Shown here: piece by piece, positions 16,500-26,350 of the stretch
How positions within the stretch are numbered: position 1 is the stretch's first letter
Layout: every line of letters begins with the position of its first letter
IMG/VR virus record: IMGVR_UViG_3300030430_004661
Location: 1 to 64,000 of that record
Length of the DNA: 64,000 bases
Strand: one strand, 5' to 3'
Source: a virus
Notes under the pieces: generated by a model
The model's database searches: none
Told to the model about the DNA's origin: nothing
What the model saw: the letters and a program-made list of their open reading frames with translations, nothing else
Program-made: the position numbers and the translations under genes

Positions 16500-17171
16500 A
16501 TGAAGTGGATTTCAAATTCAATTAACGAATCACAAATCTTAAAGGATCATTACACATTGCATAGTATAGATATAATAGTAAAAGATACATTACCTGACAA
16601 CGTCGATATAGACTTTGTCATAAAATATATCACTACCAGAATACCAAAGTTTTTGATAACTGGGGTTGATATTATATATGTTGGACAATTTGATCATCTT
16701 ATTGAGAAGGGTGTGAACGCCTTGTATGAGGACGGAGCAGTATATATAACAAATGATCAAGATGACGAAATGGATATGATTGATGATATAGTGCATGAGC
16801 TAGCACATGCTGTCGAGGTCAATTATTTTGATGTTATCTATGGTGATGGCACTTTAGAAGCAGAATTTTTAAGAAAGCGTAATCAATTACATGACATATT
16901 GAAATTAAGCAATTTAAAGCCACCTCCGCAACTTTTAATTAATGTGTCGTTTGATCAAGTTATCGATGATTATCTGTACAAAGAAGTTGGGTACACAGCC
17001 CTTTGGAATTACGTTGTAGGAATATTTCCTTCACCTTACGCAGCGACAAGCTTAAGAGAATATTTTGCTCGTGGCTTTGAAGAATTTTTTATTGGAAACA
17101 GAAAAAAGTTGACATATTTTAATAGTGTGTTATATTCTAAGTTACAAGATCTTGTAGAATTGGAGGAATAA
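16500..17171 (+). CDS. zincin-like metallopeptidase (HExxH, ATLF-like pattern)
   Basis: IVHELAHAVE and distal YAATSLREYFARGFE. Confidence 0.7.
   Translation: MKWISNSINESQILKDHYTLHSIDIIVKDTLPDNVDIDFVIKYITTRIPKFLITGVDIIYVGQFDHLIEKGVNALYEDGAVYITNDQDDEMDMIDDIVHELAHAVEVNYFDVIYGDGTLEAEFLRKRNQLHDILKLSNLKPPPQLLINVSFDQVIDDYLYKEVGYTALWNYVVGIFPSPYAATSLREYFARGFEEFFIGNRKKLTYFNSVLYSKLQDLVELEE
17109..17136 (+). promoter_or_regulatory. possible internal sigma70 promoter for the nuclease gene
   Basis: TTGACA, 16 nt, TATATT with TG extension, about 35 nt upstream of ATG 17171. Confidence 0.45.
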
Positions 17172-17947
17172 TGCATATATCTTTTTCAGAACTTAAAATG
17201 TGGGCAGAGTGTCCATGGAAGCACCGGCTTGTCTATATTGATAAAATAAAGAAGTTTGTCGGAAATGAATTTACAGCCTTTGGATCAGCGCTTCACACTC
17301 TTTGTGAGCATGCGATTGTTGATAAGATCCAAGACGATGAGTATGATGAATTTTTCGAACACAGCTTTGAAAAAGAAATCGCAAAACTACTCGTACGAGG
17401 AGCTGAGTTTGATCAAAAACTCGTTGATGACATGCTCGATCAAGCAAAAATCCTGTCACCACAAATCATACCAGAGGTTGTAAAACACTTTGATAATTAT
17501 GAAGTAGTCTCCGTAGAAGAAATGTTATACGAAGAGATTAAAGACTTTCAGACAGATCATAAGTTCAAAGGCTATATAGACCTAGTTCTCAAAACACCAG
17601 ACGGTAAATATCACATTATTGATTGGAAAACATGCTCTTGGGGTTGGGATGCTAAAAAGAAGTCTGACAAGCTCATAACATACCAATTGACACTGTATAA
17701 AAAGTTTTTCTGTCAAAAACATGATATAGATCCATCGCTTGTTGAAACTCATTTTGCACTACTAAAAAGAACTGCCAAGAAAAATAACGTTGAGATATTT
17801 CGTGTGACATCAGGACCTAGAAAAACAACAAATGCAGTTGATTTATTAACAAGAGCAGTTAAATCAATAAAAAGTGGCCTTAAAATAAAAAATAGAAACT
17901 CTTGCACATTCTGTGAATTTAAGAACACAACTGACTGTCCAAGATAA
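17171..17947 (+). CDS. PD-(D/E)XK nuclease (RecB/AddB/Cas4-like, 4-Cys)
   Basis: ISFSELKMWAECP; FGSALH; KGYIDLV...IIDWKT; QLTLY; CTFCEF...C. Confidence 0.88.
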   Translation: MHISFSELKMWAECPWKHRLVYIDKIKKFVGNEFTAFGSALHTLCEHAIVDKIQDDEYDEFFEHSFEKEIAKLLVRGAEFDQKLVDDMLDQAKILSPQIIPEVVKHFDNYEVVSVEEMLYEEIKDFQTDHKFKGYIDLVLKTPDGKYHIIDWKTCSWGWDAKKKSDKLITYQLTLYKKFFCQKHDIDPSLVETHFALLKRTAKKNNVEIFRVTSGPRKTTNAVDLLTRAVKSIKSGLKIKNRNSCTFCEFKNTTDCPR

Positions 17948-17970
17948 AATTAATTTTTTTTATTTTTTTT

Positions 17971-18000
17971 CTTGACAAAGTAATTTAATCGTGTTATAAT
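17971..18000 (+). promoter_or_regulatory. sigma70-type promoter of the glycosylation cluster
   Basis: TTGACA (17972-17977), 17 nt, TATAAT (17995-18000), TG extension. Confidence 0.9.
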
Positions 18001-18024
18001 ATATTAAACAACACGAGGTACGAC

Positions 18025-19284
18025 TTGTCAAAGAAAAAAATATTAACACTATCTGATCATCCTCTCTCGCCGTCCGGTGTCGGAACCCAAACAAGATATA
18101 TTTGTGAGGCTCTTCTTGATACCGGGCGGTATTCTATTATTAGTTTGGGAGGCGCGATCAAACATAAGGATTACAGACCAGTTCAGCTAGAACAATATGG
18201 TGATGACTGGAGGATAATCCCTATAGATGGATACGGCACTCAAGAAATGATCCGATCTATTTTAAAAACCGAAAAACCAGATGTCATTTGGTTCATGACC
18301 GATCCACGATTCTGGGGCTGGCTATGGGAGATTGAAAATGAAATTAGGCCACTTTGCCCAATGGTGTATTACCATGTATGGGACAACTACCCTTATCCTT
18401 TTTACAACAGGAATGCTTATTTGTCTAACGACCACATTGTCACTATTTCTAAAGTTACTGACGATATAGTAAGAAATGTAGCACCAGAAGTAAAATGTAC
18501 ATATTTACCACATGCAGTAGATTTAAACTTCTTTAAACCGATGACCGATGAAGAAATTAAATCAATTAGAGATACAACGTTACCAGAACAAGATCGTGAT
18601 AAAGTAATTTTCTTCTGGAACAATAGAAATGCACGTCGAAAACAATCTGGTACGCTCATATGGTGGTTCAAAGAGTGGTTAGATAAAAAAGATTTGCACG
18701 ACAAAGCACAGCTCATAATGCACACTGAACCTAAAGACCCTCATGGACAGGACCTAGAGCACATAATTAATCATCTTGGGTTGGACCAACGCCAAGTCCT
18801 CCTATCAACTCAGAAAGTACCACCTGAGCATCTAGCATCAATGTATAATTTTGTTGATTGTACAATTAATGTTTCAGATGCTGAGGGATTTGGTTTGGCC
18901 ACTCTTGAATCGCTATCCTGCGGCACGCCTATTATCGCCACGATGACAGGAGGTCTTCAGGAGCAAATCACAAACGGTTCTGATTGGTACGGCGTTGGTC
19001 TCTTCCCTACTTCAAAATCAGTCATTGGATCTCAAGATGTTCCGTATATCTATGAAGATAGAATAGATAAAGCGCAGTTTCATTCTGCACTGACCAAGAT
19101 CTATTCCATGGGTCATGCAGCCCGAAGAGAAATGGGATTGCAAGGTAGAGATCATGTGATGAAAAACTACAATTTTATCGACTTCAAATCTAAGTGGATC
19201 GATCTTATGGACAGCGTGCTAGAAAGTGGATCTCATGAAACACGAACAGGATATAACGGAATCAGATTTAAGGAGGTCGCATGA
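18025..19284 (+). CDS. glycosyltransferase, GT4 (GT-B) family
   Basis: NRNARRKQ; SDAEGFGLATLESLSCGTPII (ExFGx4E); TTG start with SD GAGG. Confidence 0.9.
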   Translation: MSKKKILTLSDHPLSPSGVGTQTRYICEALLDTGRYSIISLGGAIKHKDYRPVQLEQYGDDWRIIPIDGYGTQEMIRSILKTEKPDVIWFMTDPRFWGWLWEIENEIRPLCPMVYYHVWDNYPYPFYNRNAYLSNDHIVTISKVTDDIVRNVAPEVKCTYLPHAVDLNFFKPMTDEEIKSIRDTTLPEQDRDKVIFFWNNRNARRKQSGTLIWWFKEWLDKKDLHDKAQLIMHTEPKDPHGQDLEHIINHLGLDQRQVLLSTQKVPPEHLASMYNFVDCTINVSDAEGFGLATLESLSCGTPIIATMTGGLQEQITNGSDWYGVGLFPTSKSVIGSQDVPYIYEDRIDKAQFHSALTKIYSMGHAARREMGLQGRDHVMKNYNFIDFKSKWIDLMDSVLESGSHETRTGYNGIRFKEVA

Positions 19285-20501
19285 AAACCAACATATTTGT
19301 AAAAGGCCCTGTATTGTCACAAAGTGGCTATGGCGAACAAGCTCGCTTTGCATTACGTGCATTGCGAAGCAGAGAAGATCTATTTGATATATACATACTA
19401 CCTATCAACTGGGGAAAAACAGGCTGGATATGGGAAAATAGTGAATTTAGATCTTGGATGGATGAAAGAATAGCAAAAACACAAATTGCAATAAATAACA
19501 AATCTCTAAAAGCAGACGTATCGTTACAAATAACTATACCAAATGAATTTGAAAAAATATGCCCGGTAAACATTGGGTATACCGCTGGTATAGAAGCAAC
19601 CAAATGCTCACCGCAATGGTTACCTAAAGGTAACGAGATGGACAAAATTATTGTTGTTTCTAGCCATGCTAAAAACAGTTATAAAAATACAGTAGCAGAG
19701 GCAATAAACAATGACACTGGTGAAAAGTTTGAGTACAAGCTGAACACAGATATTAAAGTTGTTGGAGAATGCACACCAAGACACGAACCAGAAGCAATCG
19801 AAGGTTTTGAGTTGGATTATGACAAGAATTTTCTGATGGTATCCCAGCTCGGACCACGAAAAAACCTTGAAAACTCAATATGTTGGTTTGTAGAAGAGTT
19901 TATCGATAAAAAAGTCGGATTGGTATTGAAGACTAATTTCAAGAACAATTCAATATCAGACTTTAGCACGATCTCAAATCACCTCTCTACTTTACTAGAG
20001 AAATATAAAGATAGAAAATGTAAGGTCTACTTGCTTCACGGAGATCTCAAACCATCACAGATGACTTGGCTATACCAGCATAAAAATATTAACGCTCTTA
20101 TTAATGCATCTCACGGTGAAGGTTTTGGCTTGCCATTGTTTGAAGCAGCAAGAGAAGGTATGCCCGTTGTTACGCTTGGCTGGTCTGGACAGTTAGACTT
20201 TTTACACCATGATGGCGATGACTATTTCCAATCAGTTGATTACACCTTACAGCCAATCCAACCACAAGCAGTGTGGCCGGGAGTTTTAGAAAAAGAGGCT
20301 ATGTGGGCATTTGCCGATCAAGGCAGCTACAAGATGACCTTAAGAAAAACACTTAGAGACTATAGAAAAGTTAAACAAAAAGCACAGAAGTTAAAGACTA
20401 TCATTGATCAAAAATTTAGCGAAGAAAAACTATACGCTGATTTCATAGATGCCTTACAGATTGCACAACCTGAAGAAGAAACACAGGTGGTCATACTGTA
20501 A
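19281..20501 (+). CDS. glycosyltransferase, GT4 family
   Basis: SGYG N-terminal motif; PRKN; SHGEGFGLPLFEAAREGMPVV. Confidence 0.9.
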   Translation: MKTNIFVKGPVLSQSGYGEQARFALRALRSREDLFDIYILPINWGKTGWIWENSEFRSWMDERIAKTQIAINNKSLKADVSLQITIPNEFEKICPVNIGYTAGIEATKCSPQWLPKGNEMDKIIVVSSHAKNSYKNTVAEAINNDTGEKFEYKLNTDIKVVGECTPRHEPEAIEGFELDYDKNFLMVSQLGPRKNLENSICWFVEEFIDKKVGLVLKTNFKNNSISDFSTISNHLSTLLEKYKDRKCKVYLLHGDLKPSQMTWLYQHKNINALINASHGEGFGLPLFEAAREGMPVVTLGWSGQLDFLHHDGDDYFQSVDYTLQPIQPQAVWPGVLEKEAMWAFADQGSYKMTLRKTLRDYRKVKQKAQKLKTIIDQKFSEEKLYADFIDALQIAQPEEETQVVIL

Positions 20502-22471
20502 TGAAAGTTATTTTTTCTAGTCAATTCAGAGACAGTAGTGGTTATGCATCCGCAGCAAGATCTTATCTAAAGTCAATAGACACAGTTATAGAAAACTATG
20601 ATTATGACTTTAAGATACTATCAATTTCTGTGGAAGACCACAGTGCTGTTTCTGATTACTATGAACAATTAATTTCAAAGTACGAGATAGATTTAGATTC
20701 AATTGATGAGTATATCAAAGAAGATTATCTACTCATATGGCACCAACCAGCAGGAATGGTGATGTATGGAGACTCTAACAAAAGTAATGATCCTGAATGG
20801 ATAGCGTTCAAAAAGCTGTTGGATAACTCAACCAAGAATGTGAACATGACAGTTTGGGAGTCTGATAAGGTTCCAGATATGTGGTCTGCAATACACAAGA
20901 AGTATAAAACAACCTCAGTCATAGTCCCTTGTCAACAAAACAAAGACATTTTTGAAACATCAGGTATCTCCGCTCACCTGCTACCTCACGTGATTGAAGA
21001 TCCAATGAAAAATCCCAAAGAGATAAATGGGTTTCCTATAAATCTAGACGACATGTTTACTGTGTTTTCTATGTCACAGTGGATTAATCGAAAGGGTTAT
21101 GATGCTTTAGTAAAGGCATTCTCTATGGAGTTTGACAACGTTCCAGACGCTATCATGATAATAAAAACTTACGTGACAGCAATGAACACAAAGCAGTTTC
21201 CGTTCAACAAGCAAGCAGAACATGTGCAAAGTGAGATCGTCGCAGTCAAGAGGACAGTTTTAAAACACGGTCGACCATCTAATGCTAAGATAGCAGCGAT
21301 CTGCAATGTTCTTCCATATGAAAACATATCGTGGCTATATTCAAAGTCTGATGTCTTTGCGTTAGCGACAAGAGGTGAGGGCTTCGGTTTGACCATATCG
21401 GAAGCTATCATGCATGAGAAACCTGTTGTGGTGTCATCTGCTGGCGGACATTTGGATTATATAAATCCAGATGACGCCTTTTTGTTTAATGGCTACAAAC
21501 ATCCATACATAGGGGATCCAACTTATGATTACGATATGAATTGGTTTGAGCCCGACATACTTGATATAAGAAAAAAATTAAGAACATGTTATAATCTATG
21601 GAAGTCGAATAGAGAAAAACTTGCTCAAATGGGCAAAAATCTGAAGCAACATATCTTGTCTAATGGATACGACTATGAATCAATTGGAAACAAGTTTTTT
21701 TCCATAATATCAAAAGAAATCAACTATAGAAGCGATAATTTGAAAGATATGATAAGGTCTTTTTCATCTGATAGAAAAAAGTTAGACCTTTTGAAAGACA
21801 AATACAAAGATCAAGACTGTTACATCTTAACATGTGGCCCATCTCTTAGCAACTATTCTGAGGAGTTTTTAAACGAAGCACTTTCAGATAAACTAGTGTT
21901 CGCAGTTAAGCAAGCATACAATCAGGCACCAGATATTGTTGATTTTCACTTTTTTAACTCAAACAACTTTGAAGTATATAACTATAAGGAAGATAGGCCC
22001 ATAGTGTTTGCAAGCTCGGCTGAGAGTGAGATAGCCATGATCTATCACATTTGGTCCAACAACCAAGAGTATGACATTTTTAATTTCATACCAGATGATA
22101 GAGACATGTCCAAGTCGATTTGCAAAAGTTTGAACTTTGAAAAGCATACATATGAAAACACAATCGAAAGACCATGGGGGCCCGGTATTATGACTGAAAT
22201 GGTGTTCTACTTAGCGGTACACATGGGCGTAAAGAACATATACACCATAGGTTGGGACTTAGAAAAGCCCGGATCCACAAAGTCAAACCATTTTTACAAG
22301 GATAGATCAGTAATAAGACCTGCTGATGATATGCCTAAAGATGAAATAAATAATAACATAAACATGTCGAAGCACTTAAACGAGTGGTTAAAAACAAAAG
22401 GAATTAATTTATATGTAGCAAATGAAGGGTCTTATGTACACAATTCAATACCTAGGAGAATATTAAAATGA
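20501..22471 (+). CDS. GT4 glycosyltransferase fused to a Maf/DUF115 (Cst-like) domain
   Basis: SGYAS, NRKG, TRGEGFGLTISEA; C-terminal CYILTCGPSL...AVHMGVKNIYTIGWD. Confidence 0.8.
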   Translation: MKVIFSSQFRDSSGYASAARSYLKSIDTVIENYDYDFKILSISVEDHSAVSDYYEQLISKYEIDLDSIDEYIKEDYLLIWHQPAGMVMYGDSNKSNDPEWIAFKKLLDNSTKNVNMTVWESDKVPDMWSAIHKKYKTTSVIVPCQQNKDIFETSGISAHLLPHVIEDPMKNPKEINGFPINLDDMFTVFSMSQWINRKGYDALVKAFSMEFDNVPDAIMIIKTYVTAMNTKQFPFNKQAEHVQSEIVAVKRTVLKHGRPSNAKIAAICNVLPYENISWLYSKSDVFALATRGEGFGLTISEAIMHEKPVVVSSAGGHLDYINPDDAFLFNGYKHPYIGDPTYDYDMNWFEPDILDIRKKLRTCYNLWKSNREKLAQMGKNLKQHILSNGYDYESIGNKFFSIISKEINYRSDNLKDMIRSFSSDRKKLDLLKDKYKDQDCYILTCGPSLSNYSEEFLNEALSDKLVFAVKQAYNQAPDIVDFHFFNSNNFEVYNYKEDRPIVFASSAESEIAMIYHIWSNNQEYDIFNFIPDDRDMSKSICKSLNFEKHTYENTIERPWGPGIMTEMVFYLAVHMGVKNIYTIGWDLEKPGSTKSNHFYKDRSVIRPADDMPKDEINNNINMSKHLNEWLKTKGINLYVANEGSYVHNSIPRRILK

Positions 22472-23292
22472 AAACATACGTTATAGCGGAAATAGGAATA
22501 AACCATAATGGTTCGTTAGACATCGCCAAGAAGCTGATTGATGTAGCGGCTGTCTCAGGATGTGATGCAGTAAAGTTCCAGAAAAGAAATCCCGATGTCT
22601 GTGTACCTGAGCACCAAAAATCAGTCATGCGTGAAACTCCGTGGGGTACCATGACCTACTTGGACTATAAATATAAGATGGAGTTCGGCAAAGAAGAGTA
22701 TGATGAGATCGATAGATACTGTAAACAGAAGGGTATCGAATGGTCTGCTTCCCCATGGGATCTCGACAGCTTGAAGTTTTTGATGAATTATGATTTACCA
22801 TGGCTTAAAATACCATCTGCCATGATAACCAACGAGGAATTAATGACTGCGTGTGCTGCAACTGGTAAAAAAGTTATCTTTTCCACTGGTATGTCAACTT
22901 ATGACGAGATAGACCAAGCAGTAGAATGGCTCAATGGCTCTGATACTTTAATGCTTCACTGTAATTCTAGTTACCCGGCGCCGTTAGAAGATTTAAATCT
23001 AAAATGCATACAGACTCTCAAGAAAAGATATGGCTGTGAAGTAGGCTATAGTGGTCATGAGTTTAGGCTTGGCACATCTGTAGCAGCAATATATTTAGGT
23101 GCAACTTGTATCGAGAGACATATAACTTTAGATAGAACAATGTGGGGTTCTGACCACCTATCTTCAGTCGAACCTCAAGGGTTGATCAAGATGGTGAGGG
23201 GTATTAGAGAGCTGGAAGTAGCACTTGGAGACGGTGTGAAAAGGGTTACAAGCGGCGAGCTTGCACCAAGAAAGAAACTTAGAGGTTACTAG
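22468..23292 (+). CDS. neuB: N-acetylneuraminate/nonulosonate synthase (short form, no SAF domain)
   Basis: IAEIGINHNG, DAVKFQKR, KIPS, STGM, HCNSSYP, GYSGHE, ERHITLD. Confidence 0.93.
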   Translation: MKTYVIAEIGINHNGSLDIAKKLIDVAAVSGCDAVKFQKRNPDVCVPEHQKSVMRETPWGTMTYLDYKYKMEFGKEEYDEIDRYCKQKGIEWSASPWDLDSLKFLMNYDLPWLKIPSAMITNEELMTACAATGKKVIFSTGMSTYDEIDQAVEWLNGSDTLMLHCNSSYPAPLEDLNLKCIQTLKKRYGCEVGYSGHEFRLGTSVAAIYLGATCIERHITLDRTMWGSDHLSSVEPQGLIKMVRGIRELEVALGDGVKRVTSGELAPRKKLRGY

Positions 23293-24131
23293 TGTTCCAA
23301 GAACAATGGATCTGCCCAGAGAGACTGGGTGGATCAAAAGCAATAGATATGTATAATCTATATTTGAACAATAGAAGAGACCAGCTTCCATATGCTGATC
23401 TAAAGTATTCTCATGTTGTTGACAAAGTTCACGAAGAAGGATATGCGATAGTTCAATCCTGTGTCGATGTAGATCTCATAAATGAGATATTGACGAACAC
23501 GGAAAGCATTTTCTTAGACCCAAGACTTTTAAAAACAAATAATGAAAAATATAAAACTGTTAGGCACCCATTTATTGACTGCCCACAAATATTGAATCTT
23601 GCCCTATCAGAGACAATTTTCAATGTTGTTAGTCAATTTTATGGGTGCGTTCCAGCTTTAACGGGCGGAAAAATACACCGATCCTACGCCTTCACAGGAC
23701 AAAAAACAGGTACACATTTATATCATATAGATAAAAACAGTCTATGGTTTATAAAAGCTTTTATCTACTTGAATGATGTAGGTATAGATGGCGGGCCATT
23801 TACATATGTTAAGGGAAGCCACAAAGATAGATTTGCTGGTTGGAGAGACAATTATAGATATAGTGACGAACAAATCACAACTTATTACGGTAAAGATCGC
23901 ATAAAGCACCTAACTGCTTCAGTTGGCGATGTAATATTTGCAAACACTGTAGGGATGCATAAGGCACTTACTATGGATAAAGGACACAGAACAATGGTGA
24001 CTTTGAATTTTTGTGTTCACCCAGAAGACTGGTCACCAGAGTCTAAGTTTATGTTTATGCACAAAAATGATTACGAAAGGATCAGTGCTAACAAAACAAG
24101 GCTTTTTGATTATATAAGGAAAACATCATGA
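23292..24131 (+). CDS. PhyH-like Fe(II)/2-oxoglutarate dioxygenase
   Basis: YHIDK (HxD); FIYLNDV...GGPFTYVKGSH; GDVIFANT.GMHK...R. GTG start in a TAGTG overlap. Confidence 0.82.
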   Translation: MFQEQWICPERLGGSKAIDMYNLYLNNRRDQLPYADLKYSHVVDKVHEEGYAIVQSCVDVDLINEILTNTESIFLDPRLLKTNNEKYKTVRHPFIDCPQILNLALSETIFNVVSQFYGCVPALTGGKIHRSYAFTGQKTGTHLYHIDKNSLWFIKAFIYLNDVGIDGGPFTYVKGSHKDRFAGWRDNYRYSDEQITTYYGKDRIKHLTASVGDVIFANTVGMHKALTMDKGHRTMVTLNFCVHPEDWSPESKFMFMHKNDYERISANKTRLFDYIRKTS

Positions 24132-24925
24132 ACAAATATAGAAAAAACATAGATCACGGTGGGTGGTTTAGTTTTAACGCAACGCAAGAAGAATGGAAGT
24201 CAAACTACGCTGAAAAAATGTTAGATTACTTTTTTACCTCGTCGATTATAGAGAGGAGCTTTGGCGGATACACAATAACAGATGAACTCTTGATTACAAA
24301 TAACCTAAACTTTTCTGGTGTCAAAGAGAGGAGTGTTCTTGTCATAGGAGCAGGTCCATCTTCATCCTTGTTAACGCAAGAGTTACTTGATTCCTATGAC
24401 TATGTTTTTACATGCAATCACTTTTTTAAAAACGATTTTTTGAATGGCACCAAAGTCAACCTAGTCTTGATTGGCGACGAAGTCAGTCTGAGATCACCAC
24501 ACTTTCTAAAATATATCGAGAAACACTCTCCAATTATAGGATTTGAACACTCCGCCAGAAGAACCATGCTTGAAGTCTTAGATTTTAAAAGATCTTATCC
24601 TAGAAGCTTTATTTATCTGACTAGGTACTTTTCAAGGTTGGGATATGTTGCTAGAGCATGTGTTCTTGCAAGGTGTATGGGTGCCTCAAAAGTTGATTTT
24701 GTGGGTATGGATGGTTTCAAGAAGAGGGTCCATCTTTTTCAAAAAGGCAAAAAACCACCATCCTTTAACGATCCAGACAAGTTTAGAAAACAAGCAAAAA
24801 TATTTTATGAATATATGTTGAATGATTTACGTATAACTAAGGATAATTTTAATAACCTTGGAGAAAATCACGAATCCAGCATATACACCGGAATCATGAA
24901 TGAGGTAAAAAATGAAACAAATTGA
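24128..24925 (+). CDS. Maf/Cst-like (GT42/DUF115-type) putative nonulosonate transferase
   Basis: VLVIGAGPSS, FTCNHFF, ARCMGASKVDFVGMDG. Confidence 0.6.
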   Translation: MNKYRKNIDHGGWFSFNATQEEWKSNYAEKMLDYFFTSSIIERSFGGYTITDELLITNNLNFSGVKERSVLVIGAGPSSSLLTQELLDSYDYVFTCNHFFKNDFLNGTKVNLVLIGDEVSLRSPHFLKYIEKHSPIIGFEHSARRTMLEVLDFKRSYPRSFIYLTRYFSRLGYVARACVLARCMGASKVDFVGMDGFKKRVHLFQKGKKPPSFNDPDKFRKQAKIFYEYMLNDLRITKDNFNNLGENHESSIYTGIMNEVKNETN

Positions 24926-25586
24926 AGAGATAGCGGTAATAATACAAGCGAGACTTAACTCACAAAGAATACCTAAAAAAATGATCAAGCCATTTTCAGG
25001 GACAACTTTAACAGATATATTTCTAGAGAAAGTTAAAAAATGTAGAAGTTTTCCAATGTCTAATTTTTATTTGTCTGTCTACGAAGATGAGTTAGTTGAT
25101 ATTGGGATCAAACACGATGTCAACATATTCAAAAGGTCAAAGAAATCCGCCTTTTCGGAAGGTACCCCGATGACTCTTATGTATGAGTGGCACAACAAAC
25201 TACCTTTTAAATACTGTGTTCTAATAAATGCCTGTGTTCCTTTTTTAAAGCCTGAGACTATAGATGATTTCATTAGGCTATACTGTCTGTCAGACCATGA
25301 TGGCATGTTTGCAGTTATGGAAAAGAAGAATTATTTTTGGAACCAAAACGCAGATCTTCTAACACCATTAACCGAAGATGTTATGAACACAAAAACAGTT
25401 CAGAAAACTTACGAAGCAGCACATTGCCTTTATGCTGGTAAGATGAGTAGCATAAAAGACGGTGTGTGGATGGGTGACTTCATGAAAAATGAAGTAAAAC
25501 TTTTCCCAATTCAGGAACGTGAGGCATTTGATATCGATCACCCATGGCAGTTTGATCTGTGTGAAAAACTATGGGAGTCTAAATGA
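24912..25586 (+). CDS. neuA: CMP-nonulosonate synthetase (acylneuraminate cytidylyltransferase)
   Basis: IIQARLNSQRIPKKMIKPF; NACVPF; AFDIDHPWQF. Confidence 0.82.
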   Translation: MKQIEEIAVIIQARLNSQRIPKKMIKPFSGTTLTDIFLEKVKKCRSFPMSNFYLSVYEDELVDIGIKHDVNIFKRSKKSAFSEGTPMTLMYEWHNKLPFKYCVLINACVPFLKPETIDDFIRLYCLSDHDGMFAVMEKKNYFWNQNADLLTPLTEDVMNTKTVQKTYEAAHCLYAGKMSSIKDGVWMGDFMKNEVKLFPIQEREAFDIDHPWQFDLCEKLWESK

Positions 25587-26350
25587 TATTTTATTCTGAG
25601 CATTACGAAAAATGTAAACATGATCAACCTAGCCTGTACGACTATGTGTTTGAGATGAACCCTTTTATCCTTGATAAAGGAGACGTTAGAACATTGGCAA
25701 ACACAGTTGATGGCATGATATCATATAACAATGGGTGTCTAGAAGACCAATGGTCGATAAAACTTGAAAACATATCGTTTATACCACAGCTGGAGTCAAT
25801 ATGCAAACAATTAGCAATGCAGATAGAAAGTAGGTACTTTGGATCTTACTGTAAATTTGAGTTTATACATTGCTATAGAAACAAAACAACAGCCACAAAA
25901 GAGTCTTCATGGAAATGGCACTATGATGATTGTCCTAGAGAATTTATGAAAGTTGGACTTTACCTGAATGATGTTAATACCGACAACGGATGTATGCAAA
26001 TTTTAAACTCTATGGACGGACCCAAGGAAGTTAAGTCCTTCAGAACACACCCAAACGCAGTAAAAGGTGATCCTCCACCAGTTTATCCAAAATCAAGAAT
26101 ACCGGATGCAGAGATAAGCAGACTTTTATCGAATGGGTATAGAGAACACAACGTCGTAGGTAAATCAGGAACAAACTTTCTTTTCACACCAAACATAATA
26201 CACAGAGCAACGATTCCAAAAGAAGGTGTCACCCCAAGAGATGTCATAATATTTTTTGTAAGACCGAGTCTGAAGAAGATAACAAACTATACTAGTGTAG
26301 CAAAATATTTTAGATCTGGTAAAAACGTGAAGAGGTATGAATTAGATTGA
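25583..26350 (+). CDS. PhyH-like Fe(II)/2-oxoglutarate dioxygenase
   Basis: WHYDD (HxD); LYLNDV...NGC; GTNFLFTPNIIHRA...R. Confidence 0.75.
   Translation: MIFYSEHYEKCKHDQPSLYDYVFEMNPFILDKGDVRTLANTVDGMISYNNGCLEDQWSIKLENISFIPQLESICKQLAMQIESRYFGSYCKFEFIHCYRNKTTATKESSWKWHYDDCPREFMKVGLYLNDVNTDNGCMQILNSMDGPKEVKSFRTHPNAVKGDPPPVYPKSRIPDAEISRLLSNGYREHNVVGKSGTNFLFTPNIIHRATIPKEGVTPRDVIIFFVRPSLKKITNYTSVAKYFRSGKNVKRYELD

Noticed and set aside
17171-17947. Cas4 / CRISPR system
   Set aside because: No repeat-spacer array or other cas genes were seen; solo PD-(D/E)XK 4-Cys nucleases are common in phages.
23292-26350. TET/JBP-type DNA hypermodification (dioxygenase plus GT)
   Set aside because: The dioxygenases look PhyH-like, there are no neighbouring DNA methylase or nucleotide genes, and CCWGG avoidance suggests DNA still exposed to restriction. 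Disfavoured, not formally excluded.
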